Origin: Nageia nagi
Lineage: Eukaryota > Plantae > Pinophyta
Direction of reading: 5' to 3'
Assembly: GCA_050084985.1 (NCBI GenBank)
Contig: JBITNC010000001.1
Coordinates: 114,266,001-114,330,000 of the forward strand
DNA length: 64,000 bases
Shown here: positions 1-11,995 of the stretch, in pieces
Layout of the letters: the number at the start of each line of letters is the position of its first letter
How positions within the stretch are numbered: position 1 is the stretch's first letter
Notes under the pieces: generated by a model
Told to the model about the DNA's origin: nothing
The model's input: only the letters and a program-made list of their open reading frames with translations
The model's database searches: none
Position numbers and translations under genes: made by a program

Positions 1-214
1 TTTACTTCAGAAACATCTTCTTACTCTAAAGTATTGGTAGCATTCACTTTTCAGCTAAGATTCTATAGAGGCTATGTTGGTAGGATAGGCTACCTTGGAA
101 GAGGTTGAATTTGCTACTGTGATGCAGGTAAGTAACCTTATATTGAACATGAGTTCTTCTTTGTGTTTGATATGATTGATTTGAAACTCCTTGATACTAA
201 TTTTGAGGTACATT

Positions 215-298
215 ATTCCATTAATTATGTGGTTGATTCCATTGATTCTATGGCTAATTCCACTAATTTTATGGTTAATTCCACTAATTCTATCAGTA
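215..298 (-). repeat. 4 x 21-bp tandem repeat in the gag C-terminal region (ancestral QPQNQWN heptapeptide)
   Basis: attccattaattatgtggttg / attccattgattctatggcta / attccactaattttatggtta / attccactaattctatcagta. Confidence 0.75.
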
Positions 299-3109
299 TG
301 TACCTTCAAAATTTAACCATTATGGATATTGGGGAGAATTCATAGGCTATTGATATTGCTAAGGAGTATACATATTTTCAAACCTACTATTACTAGGAGG
401 TATAGAATTTATGTAATTTAGATCCAAGATTGAATTTACCATAAAAGTTTTTACAACTAGTAAATAAGCACATCCATCAGTTGGATGTCCCAACTCATAG
501 ATATTGCATATTGTAGTCTTATCCATGGGACATTCATGTAGAGCATGCTTTTGATGGCACCTTGGGCAAAAAATACTCAAAGGTTCCTTCATAGGTGTTT
601 TGCTGAATGCTTCTACATTTTTTATTTGATTTAATTGAGATAAGATGTCTATTTTTAAGGAAGCTAATTCCCCCAAAATTTGTGTTACTATCGATACGCC
701 ATACTACTTTAGATCTCTTTGAATGTGTTTTAGTTTGAGAATAGTTCCTCATAAGTTCCATAATATCATTCTAGTCAGCCTTATATATGTTCCCTCCTCC
801 AATAAGGTTCAAGGGTTCCAAATAAGACTCTAACAATCCCCTTAGAAAGATTATTTTGAACAACTCATTATCTAATGCTAAAGCACACCTCTTTTGGAAA
901 AATAAAAATCTATCCAAATAATCTTATAGACTTTCTTCATCATTCTACTTGAACTTGAATAGTTCATCTTTTCTATCCTTCACTCTATAATATTCTTGAT
1001 ATTTTTCTAGAAATTTCATTTCCATCTCTACCCATGTTGTAATTGAGTCTACTGATAAGCCCATAAACCATATCATGGCATTATCCTTTAAGGTGGATGG
1101 AAAGAGTTTAAGCTTTTAATTATTTGATTCATAATCATAGGTATTACAAAGGAATTTGAATTCAAATAGAAATTGATCAAGATCCTCTTGTGATACTCCT
1201 CTAAATGTAGGAATATTTGTAGTGTATATTTTTCATAGGAGCATCTAGTCTAGGTTGGAGCCTAATTGGATAAGTGAAGGTCCAAAGAGTATTCAAAGTG
1301 TTCACTGAGGCATTAGATATATTGACTATGAAAAGAGGATTTTTATAGGTGTGGTAAGGACTATAGCCTTATTGTGGAGAAACTTTTGCTTTTTCAAATT
1401 TAACACTTGAGGATTCTTGAGTTGACTCTTCAAGTGAATGATCTTGAGGGCTTAAAGATGAAGGGCGAATTGCTTGGTGAGGAGTTTCCAAACTTAATTT
1501 TTGAAAAATTTCAAGAACTTCACTAATAGCAAACTACTTTGAAACAACAGGTTCTTCTAGCTTTTTAAGTGTAAACTCAACTTTCTTTTGCTTTGAAGAA
1601 CTTGAGGATGGAAAATTAGGACCTTCTGGTGATGATTCACCATGCATCCTTAGAATAACTACTTTATAATCACCAAGTATTGTAGAGCTTTGAATTGGTA
1701 TAGACCAAATGGACTTGGGGGTTTTAGGAGAGGGTTTTATCCCCTCTTTTGGCTTGTTAGCTAATGCTATGAATCTCCCTTTTTCATCTCTAACTCTATT
1801 CTTCACAAAATAAACAAAAGTCTATGTAAATCATAAAAGAAAAATTAATCTAAATAAATAGAAAGGAAAATATATTTCCTATGATTTTCATAATTGTACT
1901 CTTGACTAAGTGTTGCTCAAGACCAATTGGACTACAAAGTGTGAGGAGGCATCGCTAAATATAACCTCTAAAATGGTACTATCAACACTAAAAATAAGGA
2001 ACTTAGTTCAAAAAGAAAACTACTCACATTATGTTCCTTGAAAATGGTACCAAAATGATTGGAAGAAATATGAACTATCAATTAAACCAATGGGCTTATC
2101 ACTAACCCCCTTCTAGCGAACCTTAAATAAGCCTCAAGGAAGGACCAGTTAGCTCAAAGAGTTGGTAGTCAAAACACCCTACTTAACCTCTCACTAATTA
2201 TGATAGTTAACATTCTACTTCTCATTATTTATCAAATTCAGGCCAATGCTTAAAGCTATTCATAGTAGAAATCACCATTTGGAGATAGGAAAAACATAAT
2301 TAAATTGATGCAAAATTGAAAAGCTTGAACAAAATTACTAGAAACAAACTAGTTGCAACATTTTATCATTAAATCCTAATTATCTGATCTTCTATGAAAA
2401 GATTGAACTTAAGAGATTTTTGAATTAGCTTAATATATTAAACTTAAGAGATTTTTGAATTAACTTAAGATACTGAAGTAAATGTAATGTTAAATAAATT
2501 AATATCTTAAATAATACTGAATGTAAATAACTCCAATATAAATGAGGATAAAAATACCAAGCAATGGACCCTATTTCTCCAATATTTCCTTCCTTCTAAC
2601 ATTATTTTACTATATCAAAGAGCTTTCCTTTATTACTTTATGAATTTCAACAAGATGAATATACAGAAAATGAAAACTATTATCTCCTAGTTATCCCCCT
2701 ATTCCTTCTCTTCAAGAAGGGTTTTTATTCCTTAATTCTATTAACAATTATACTATAATCATGGCTAAATATCCTAGATATTTCAATTAGATGAGTAAAA
2801 TTTTGAAATAACTATTCCAAGGTATCTTAGCTAATATCTTGTAAAACAAATCTACTAAACAAATAAGGTCTTTCCTAAAATATCTAATTCTATTCTTAGG
2901 CTATGATATCTATGCCTGACTACTAAAACCATGGAACAACTAACTACATTCCTAGGTGACGGCATATTATCTTCAATCAGCCATCTTTGTATTATGTGTT
3001 CCACATGGGTACATGAAATACTGCTGACATTGACTTTTTACCACATCATATTTATTGGTAGAATATTCTAACATATTTCACTTATTTTTTTTAATATTAT
3101 AAAAGGCTT

Positions 3110-3250
3110 CTTCAGCATATGACTTAAAAGACTCCTTCAGCATTCTGCATTCCTTCAACATTTTGCTTAAAATACTCCTTTAGCATATGACTTAAAAGAC
3201 TCCTTTAGCATATGACTTAAAAGACTCCTTCAACATTCCACATTACTTTA
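3110..3250. repeat. ~25-bp minisatellite (TCCTTTAGCATATGACTTAAAAGAC) with truncated variants, inside the putative LTR
   Basis: The core GCATATGACTTAAAAGACTCCTT is seen three times, plus degenerate copies. Confidence 0.8.
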
Positions 3251-4984
3251 GTATGGATCAAAGCCCTTTCTTTAAAGTTATCTCAGGAGTTCCTTCAGGT
3301 GTTCTTACAACTCCTTTCATCACTGTAAGAACCATTCTTTATTCTACCATTTATACTCAATGAAAACACATTATATTTACAAAATAAAGACATTATTTCC
3401 CAAATTTACCAATGTAAAGCATAAGCAAAATCAAACATGCATTTCAATATGAAAAGATAGTTATATATGAAATTACTTATATTATTACCATAATATCCAT
3501 ATCTATTAGACATAAGCATGCATATATAAAAGGTAAAAAAGGAGTCCTTAACTGCATCTCATCAAGTGGCACTTCCATGAACATTATATAAATATGATAT
3601 GATCCATTTAGATATGTAGATGTATGTGTGTTTGGATACACCAAAAATCATGATATGTATGTTGCAATTGATTAGATTGATAACCTACTTATATAAGATA
3701 TTATGTACTAATGTTGTGTGTGTGTAGAAAAGTATATTATCATGCTAGATGATAGGATGGGCATGTATTGAATAAAAAACTAGGTATTATGTTGTATATT
3801 TTTAAATTCATGAGAAAATAGGAACAAATATATGCACTGCATAAGTAACCCAAGGTATACGACTAGATGCTTACTTTTTGGGCAAGTAGATAACCTTCAG
3901 GTCACTATTGCAACCAGGTTGAACAATAACTCTTATTTGATCACTTTTAGATTAAAAATGAAATAAAGCACTTACATTGTAATGCATGATAACTTGTTTT
4001 ATGAATTATAATGCATGATAACTTGTTTTATGAATTATAAAATGGAAATTGAATTATTATCTTATTTTGCATTACTAAATTTTTCATATTATATTTTGTA
4101 TTATGCATTTAGGTATGATTGTATTGGAGAATGATTAGGTCGTCATTTGTATTTGATGATTCTCTTGAGCTTAGGAGTGATTGAATAGTTAATTTATAAT
4201 AGGGAGGTTCCATGAGCTCATATGCATATTGTTACTTTAATGAAATTAATTTGATAATATTACTTATATATAATTATGTTATGAATTTAATATGTTATAT
4301 TATTCTAGTATGATGTTATACATTTAATTAAATACCATTACTATTATCGTAACCTATGCAATGAATTTGTTATGTTATTCTAGTATGATAATGTCACAAT
4401 GTTATACACCTAATTAAATACCATTACTTATTTAAATTTTCTACAACAAGCTTTAAAAAGAAGGCTTAAGCTTGTAAGTTTAACATGTTTTAAATGAAAG
4501 TTTGTATCATTAGATTTAGTAATTTAACATTTATAATTATTGGGATTATGTATCAACAAAAATCTAGTATCAAAAGAACCCCTTAAGATTTGAAGGTTTT
4601 TGCAGTCTTACAACATGTTTGAATGACTTTCCAAAGATATTATACTTAAGTTCTATCCTTACCTACCTACAATACAACTACAGGATCATGGTGGTCAAAG
4701 ACTTTGGTACAATATATCATTTGAAAGAAAATTATTTATTCTATTTCTATAACAAACATCCTTTAATCAATCACCACATGAACATTTTCCATCCTTGAAG
4801 TGTTGAAAATGATTAACATCCCTTATAATATTTTTTGTACAAACATTTTAAAGAGAAACTTTGTTGTATAGTGTCAGTTACTATATACTCAAAGGTTCTT
4901 CACAACTTGAATGGTTATGTTAGAGGATGTGTTTAGAAACCCAAAATAAATTATTAGTTTCTCGCTATGGTGGTATGCATTATG

Positions 4985-5550
4985 AATGAATTATTTCATG
5001 GATTACAATGATTGAAAGATATGTAAGGAATGATTGTAGTAAGGAAATCATCAAATTATTTGAAGAAATAGAAAATTTGGGCTTGAGTATAGAAAATATC
5101 ATATTTATTAGAATTTTATCTACATGTAGCTATGTAGGTCTAGTGAAATGTATGTGCATTCAAAAAATAAGGGTTTAAGATTTATTATCAATAAACAATT
5201 TCATGCATTGCAATTATTATAAGGTATGTAAGAAATGGTTATAGAAAGGAATTCGTAAAACCTTTTGAATAAATGAAATATGATAGCATTAATCTACTTG
5301 ATGTTATATTTGTTAGTGTATTATCTACATGTAGCCATGAAGGTCTAGTGAAAGAGGGATATTAATACTTCAAATCCATGAGTGATTATTATTGTATTAC
5401 ATAATGTAATAGAATATTATACATGTATGGTTGATCTTTTTTATCATGTTGAGTGTATAGATTGAGTAAAAGACTTTATAAATAACATTCTAATAAAACC
5501 TAATTTTGCAATATAGATTTGTTTTCTTGGTACCTATAGAATTCATAACC
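4985..5550 (+). pseudogene. Decayed PLS-class PPR gene fragment (duplicated P2-L2 head, then L2-S2-E1 head)
   Basis: Reads ISWITMIERYVRNDCSKEIIKLFEEI..IIFIRILSTCSYVGLVK, then ..YVRNGYRKE..FE*MK..VIFVSVLSTCSHEGLVKEGY*YFKSMSDYYCI..YYTCMVDLF..DFINNILIKP..I*ICFLGTYRIHN. Multiple stops and frameshifts. Confidence 0.8.
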
Positions 5551-5659
5551 CTAAACTAAAATTAACAAAGTAGAAGTGGTATTGAACTTGATGAATTGAC
5601 CTTTTTTAGTTTCCTTTTGACTTATTTCATCTTAACATCTCTATAATAGGGTTTTTATT

Positions 5660-5798
5660 TTGATGTTGTTGTATTGAAATGCATGGTTTTAATTTTTGCA
5701 CAATGTCATTGTGTTGAAATGCATGGTTTTGGTTTTCATTCAATGTTGTTATGTAGAAATGCATGGTTTTGATTTATGATCAATGCCCTTGTGATAAA
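5660..5798. repeat. 40-bp tandem repeat, ~3.5 copies
   Basis: GAAATGCATGGTTTT recurs at 5676, 5716 and 5756. Confidence 0.85.
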
Positions 5799-8700
5799 AT
5801 ATTTCTTAAAAGTGCAATAATGGAGGTTGGTAGAGGTTTCTTAATGCTTGTAACATGAGAATGTTCAACCATCGTCAAAGATATCTAAAAGATCCTATCC
5901 ACACACACACACACACACGATGAATTTCTTATGATATTTTTAATCTATCATCTTAGTATATTTTACAACATTTTTTAATCATCATAAAAAGTCTTTTTAG
6001 TGTAGTGATCACTCAAAGGAACTTGAGATTATTCTTAAGATATGCCTCTATATAATGTATATGTATTTGAATGTTTGATTTAGCATTTTGCAAGTTAGCA
6101 TATCAATTGGATCTAGAGAAAACAAATCAAATCAAATATCAAAAAAAGTGAAAATTAGGTTTTTTTATGGGTACTTAAGTCCATGATTTATTTGAATATA
6201 GATCTAAGATACAATTAGGTTTATTTAGTTGATGATAAATCTTATATGTGTATTTTAGTACTATATTTTTTGAATGCTTCATGGCAACTTTCTTAGATCT
6301 TTTATTTTCTATTTTTCTTTTCTTGTAACTATAGATTAGATTTACTTATTTTTATTTTGTAAATAAAAATCATAAAAATTAAAAATAAATTAATATCTAC
6401 ATATGCTCTTTACTTGTGTTCATAGATGATATGGAGAATTAGAAATAATCTTAGTTTTCTAATAAAATATATAATATAAGTACCTAAATTTAATAAAAAG
6501 GAGTTATTATAGGGTAGGATATGCTATGAACTAATGGTCGACAAATATTCAAGGAGTCATCATTCTTGGTTAATTGCATTTGTATATAAAGTGGTGCATG
6601 TAGTGAGGTATGTAAAACTCTACATTAACACATAGACCCTAGAAAACACTCTCATATTATGGATCGGGCCTCTTATACCTTCTAGAAAGCTAAATTGATA
6701 CTTAGCCATAAAGAGCCATTGATCATGCATCATATAATATACTAGGAAAATCACCCAAGGGAGACTTCCTTCATGTATTATTGGAAACTCAAATAATGTA
6801 ACCAAGTATATCATAAAATATCTTGTTAGTATTTTGAAATATTAGATCAAGAATTATTATTGAACCCTCTAGTAAGGTCTGTATGATGTTACACACCCTA
6901 TCCTAGTTTACCTTGTTAAATACTTAACTAGTTCATCTTCTAGTAAAACAAATCTTAATAAAAAAATGAAATTAAAAAATAAAATATTTTCTTTCTATTT
7001 TTTATTGTTGTTATTTTCTATTATTGTTATCTTTTGAAAAATTAAAATGGTAATTAAAAAAAATTGAAAAGTAAAATACGATCTAAAACTTTGGAACTTT
7101 ATATGAAATCGTATAAGTATAAAAAATACATTTGTATCTTTGAAATCACAATGTATTATCCTAAAATGAATCATTATATTTTTCTTGTGCTTATTATTAT
7201 GATGTTGCATTTTTAAAAATATACTACAGTTTCTTTTATCATAGAATTAGGCTTGAAACTTGAAAATTTGAAACTAAATTAAATTTGAAATTTGAAACTC
7301 AAAACTGATTCATCCTTCATATTATTAACCATAAATTAGAAAATAAAATTAAATCTTGAATTTGATAACCTTAACCAATAAAGGAAAGCATTACATCAAC
7401 TTATTGAATAAGTGCCATGGATAATCAGGTCGATTATGCTCGAAATGATCTAGAATATGATAATAGTCAAGAAGCCTTAATCAAATATCTTATAAAAAAT
7501 AATGAGAATCTGAAAAGGAAACTTAACTTTTCATTTAATCTATTTGTTCCCTCTACTCTTGCCATATCACAAGCGATACCTCCTTCTACTCAACCTCTCT
7601 TTATCGTATCAACAATCTTAAAAATTCCAATATCAGCTCTTGATCAATAATCACAAACCCATTCTTTATCATTTTAAATTCCAAACTCCCAATTTTTGCA
7701 TCTAAACCCCTCTAATTTTTGGATAATCTTCTCAATATATCGAAGATATATTATTATTATTTCACACCCATATAAGTGAAAAAAATATAATACACTAATA
7801 TAGAAGGAGTTGAATCTTTTTAAATGAAAAAATACATTCTTTTTCTTACAAAGGTTTAAATGGGATAGTTTTATACCACCAATCTTATTACTTTCTTATA
7901 TAAGATGTAATGAAGAGTTTTATATCTTTATTAATGAATAACTCTTCAAGGTTATGATCCATTAAACCAAGTGGTTATATATATATATATATTATTTTTA
8001 TTATTTCATTTAGATGTTTTAATTAGGTTTTCATTCTTGACTAACTTATAAAATCCTATTGTTTAAGGATAAATATTTATGAAGAGGGATACCATGTAAT
8101 GACCTTGGTAAGCCAATATTAATTATATTATATTTGATTGGCTTGAGCCCTTAGTGTACGATTAATAATATTAAGGTCAACCTTGAAATACAAGGATTAG
8201 TGTGATCTATAAGTATATAAATAATTGGTAATATAAATATATTGGTCATAATTGAATAATACATTTCCTTACTCATATTATACTAGCACACATATAAATA
8301 TTATACTCTCTCGAATTGGCTAATATTGATAATTTCTTGCATGATGTATTCATTTATATATATATTATTCTATTTAAAGCATATTGCTAATTTTCTACTA
8401 ATATATTTATGTGAATTGTGAATTGTTATGATATATTCCTTTATTTGCCAAGTTATTTTGTAACATATTGTTATTTCATGTGTAATTAGTGGTCAACATG
8501 AGTAGACTATAAAAAGTATCTCCTTTGAGAAAACAACATGTGGATGAATGATCAATAATGCATATGATTTAAGAACCATTATTCACCATTGTTATCATTC
8601 TTATCACTTTTGTTAGCTTATCAATAAACCTAACATGAACAATCAACATCCATCTAGCATTCAACATACATAAAGTGTTCACTTATTTATATTCTTATTT

Positions 8701-8959
8701 ATAAGTCACAAAAATCATAGTAGATCACCCCAAATTTTCTTAAGATCATCATAACAGTCCTACACATTGGCATGCAATTATAGCATTCACATAGACCATT
8801 ATAATATTTTTGAAAAATCTATCATATCATTTCTAAATATTATACTTTAACACTACGAGACATATATGTTATGTGTTGGCCCACTATAGTCATCCCATAG
8901 ACCGTTGTTGGTCTCCCATGGATGTTAATATACTTTCTTTATTTTAACTCAAATTCTAT

Positions 8960-9383
8960 TTATGTTACAGATTTTTAATCAAGCAGAAAAGGTACATATT
9001 GAGGTTCAACACTTACGAAATTTGTTGGATCACTGGTGCAATGCTCCCTGCTCTACTAGTAGACTGCCCAACCCGATTCAGGATGCTTCTCGCTCACATA
9101 ACTATGGGCCTCCAGTGGATTGACTTACTTATCAGTGGAGGGCTCTCAGTAGTGCATTTATATATATATATATATATATATTTTTAAAGTCTGGGTATCT
9201 GATAAAACTTCAAGACATTTTTCCTTTGATGAATATTTGGATCATGTATGATTTTGTTTCTGCTTCCTAGCTTTTTTATCAAGCTAGTGTGACGATCGGG
9301 GTGTGCTCAATCCCACCCGCCCCTTTTGTATGATAAAGCATTTTATTTAATATAAAGTCTTTTCATCCAAAAAAAAAAAAAAA
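8960..9383 (+). mobile_element. Probable non-LTR retroelement 3' end (LINE 3' UTR or retrocopy) with poly(A) tail
   Basis: Relatively GC-rich segment ending in AATATAAAG..CATCC plus an A-run at ~9368-9383; no convincing TSD; 5' limit uncertain. Confidence 0.35.
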
Positions 9384-9791
9384 TTAAACTAATTATCAAT
9401 GGATACCAAATGTAGCAAAGAGATCATGAGTTTTTTTTAACTAGTAGGAGGAAAGAAAAGTCAAGAGAATTCCTCTTGAACCATTTGATTTTTTGGCATT
9501 AGCTTTTATGCAAAAAGAAACCTAATATATATCTTAGGTTTAACAAAATAAAAGTATATTCCTTCAATATAGTTTAAATTATTAGTAATAGATTTTCTGA
9601 CCTTATTCTTAAAAAAAAGTATACTGTCAAATCAAATTCTATAAAATTTTCCACCTAATTGAAAATAAAAAACCAAAAATCAAAATTAATATTAATCTTA
9701 AAAATACAAAATTCTATCAACCTTATAGGGCGAACATTCATTTTACTTTACATTGGTTCCCAAATAAAGTGAATAATAATCTAGCATATGT

Positions 9792-9939
9792 AGGGGAGTT
9801 GGAGAGAGGGGTAGTTGAAAATTCTCAAGTGAATAATGAGAGGCCCTCGGTTCAAATCTCCCTTATCACATGTAAGTTGATATGTAACATATGACGAGTG
9901 CCAATATACCTAACATAAAATTATCTCTAAAAAAAAAAA
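9792..9939 (+). mobile_element. Possible tRNA-derived SINE
   Basis: GGGGAG start, B-box-like GGTTCAAATCTCCC at ~9849-9862, A-run at ~9928-9939; A box weak. Confidence 0.35.
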
Positions 9940-10687
9940 TAATGATAAGATATGCAATGAAGGTAAAATGAACGTTCAATTCATATAATTGATTAAATTT
10001 CTTAATCAATATTAGAAGATAGAAAGACAAAGTTGTAAGAAACTTCATTGCCATGTAAAAGATAGAGAGGAAGTTCACCAAACTCTCCAATTTCTAGCAG
10101 TTGGTAAAATGTTAGCATCATTACTAGTGTTGATGATTTCTATCAACTTTACTCCTAAATGTTGCTTTCAATTCCAATTTGTTGTTGAAATGATAATTTG
10201 AATCGAATCATCAGGAGAAAAAGATCGATATGATGGCAAAGGCTCCTTTGAGACGCTCCTTGACTTTTTGTCATATCATTATTGGAGAGAGCCGGTAAAA
10301 CATAGCACGTGAATTTGGTAAGGTTGGATTCACATCATCTCGCCGCAATTTCTTAACGTGACAACCCATTCACAGGCATCCCATATGGCTGATGGGAAAT
10401 ATTTCTCCTCTAGAGTTCATGGTTTCATACAACGTTTTTCCTTCTAATTTTGATGGAGCAAATAGTTTTATTATATAGATTAGTTAAAGAGAATTCATTG
10501 AATATAGAATTCTGGGCATCAAATTCTAAGCAATGGTATTGGAAAGAAGGAAAAATAGAAAACGGTGATGATATGAAAAGTCTAACATTTTTGAAAATTG
10601 AACATGCCAATTTGAATACATTTTTCAAAATTTGTCATCCTATTCCTTCCAAAATAGAAAACTTGCAAAATTTAACCAATAGTTTAT

Positions 10688-10731
10688 TGATACAATGGGA
10701 CCATTGCAATGATACAATGGGACCATTGCAA
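10688..10731. repeat. Perfect 22-bp tandem duplication ~1.06 kb upstream of the PAE ATG
   Basis: TGATACAATGGGACCATTGCAA x2. Confidence 0.9.
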
Positions 10732-11790
10732 AAGAAAGTCCATTGAACCATGTTCTCATTCCCTACTGGACCCGCCATTATTAGAAAATCCAAAATGATT
10801 GAATGAAAATACTGCTATAAAGTTGCTGTATTTCTCAGCCCAGCACATGGTGTCGATACCATCCACCATTTTCTGTTCTGAATATGGGTTCGTGATATTG
10901 TACTATGTAGCGGGTTGTGGTGAATAAGACATTCTGACTGACTTCTTGGGATCCACCTAGGAATAAATATTAGAAAACACCTTTGGAGCAGAGACGTAGG
11001 GAATAACCCAAAACTTACGACAACAGGAATCAACAACACAATACTTTTTCATCAATATCTCATTCATATTTTTAATGTTCTATTTGTCTGGAGTACATAT
11101 CTGCTTGGTGGGCATTGCTAATGGAAACCCACATCGTCTTATATATTATTCAAGTCCATCAAATCCATTAAACTTCACAAATTTAAGAAAGTGGCAGCTT
11201 TACATAGCACGCGGCCAATGGAATCAGCTTTCAAGTTCTTACCTTCATTGATGATCCTGGTTTATCTTTTACAATTTACAATTCAAGCTCATTTTTTGAG
11301 CCATAATCCATGTATACAACCTCTAAACCTACGAAAATTTCAATCCCAATCTTTATTTATTATAGCAAAAACGTTGTCAATCAAACCAACCCAACTAAAA
11401 AGGACACCCATAACTAAACTAGGTTGGGATGAAATTCCGTAATTTTAGCGTAGAATATGCTATTAATAACCGTTTTCTCCACAAATAAATAGTCATACAT
11501 TTTGGCATAACAGCCAAATTTTTGTTCAAAAACATTTTAATGTCCAAGAGTTCTTCACCAGAAATCGTTGAAGCATACTACAAAATATTGTGAACCGATG
11601 TTACGGACTAAGTTGGAAGTATTCTCGTTGAGGCCTGCATTGTAACAATATCTGTTGTATCCAAAAGGGTATATAAGATGATCAGGAAGTTGTGATTCTC
11701 TAGAGTTTTGATTACTGAAACCAATCAGCCTCATATTCATCATCTTCACTAACTGTTAGTTATCTGTATTAACAACAACATTATATAAGG

Positions 11791-11995
11791 ATGGCCGCAT
11801 CGACTCCTAAATCATCAGACAAGGGAGTGTATCGTACCATATTTGATATGATTCAGTTGGTATTACTGATATATGTTGTTGCTGCTTCGATTCAAAGGGC
11901 AGATGGAATTGAGAAAAAGAGAATGCAGGCCAATGTAACGTATGCTCTCACAGTAAACTTGACTCTGGTAAAGAGAGCAGCAGACATCGGAGCTT
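11791..11995 (+). CDS. PAE exon 1 (signal/anchor segment to [14 protein letters not shown])
   Basis: MAASTP...[19 protein letters not shown]...[14 protein letters not shown]; donor GTGAGT at 11996, phase 1. Confidence 0.85.

Larger units (their letters stand above)
1..3588 (-). mobile_element. Degenerate Ty3/gypsy (Tat/Athila-like) LTR retrotransposon: putative 5' LTR (~1960-3588), PBS-like site (~1945-1958) and gag, running off the window's left end
   Basis: Minus strand ~1220-900 reads IPTFRGVSQEDLDQFLFEF...KLKLFPSTLKDNAMIWFMGL...ITTWVEMEMKFLEKY (retrotransposon gag). Two Cys/His knuckle-like segments (FCPRCHQKHALHECP; ICNIYELGHPTDGC) in ORF 359-676. Many stops. LTR limits are tentative (decayed TG..CA ends). 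Confidence 0.7.

Noticed and set aside
5900-9181. Microsatellites (CA)n ~5900-5918 and (TA)n ~7976-7990, ~9159-9181
   Set aside because: Ordinary simple repeats with no associated structure.
6620-11749. Short ORFs in the track (e.g. 6620, 6995, 7417, 8999, 9866, 10450, 11191, 11555) and similar ones at 47-60 kb
   Set aside because: Low-complexity, AT-driven composition (I/F/L/K/N rich), often non-ATG starts, no recognisable motifs; consistent with chance ORFs.
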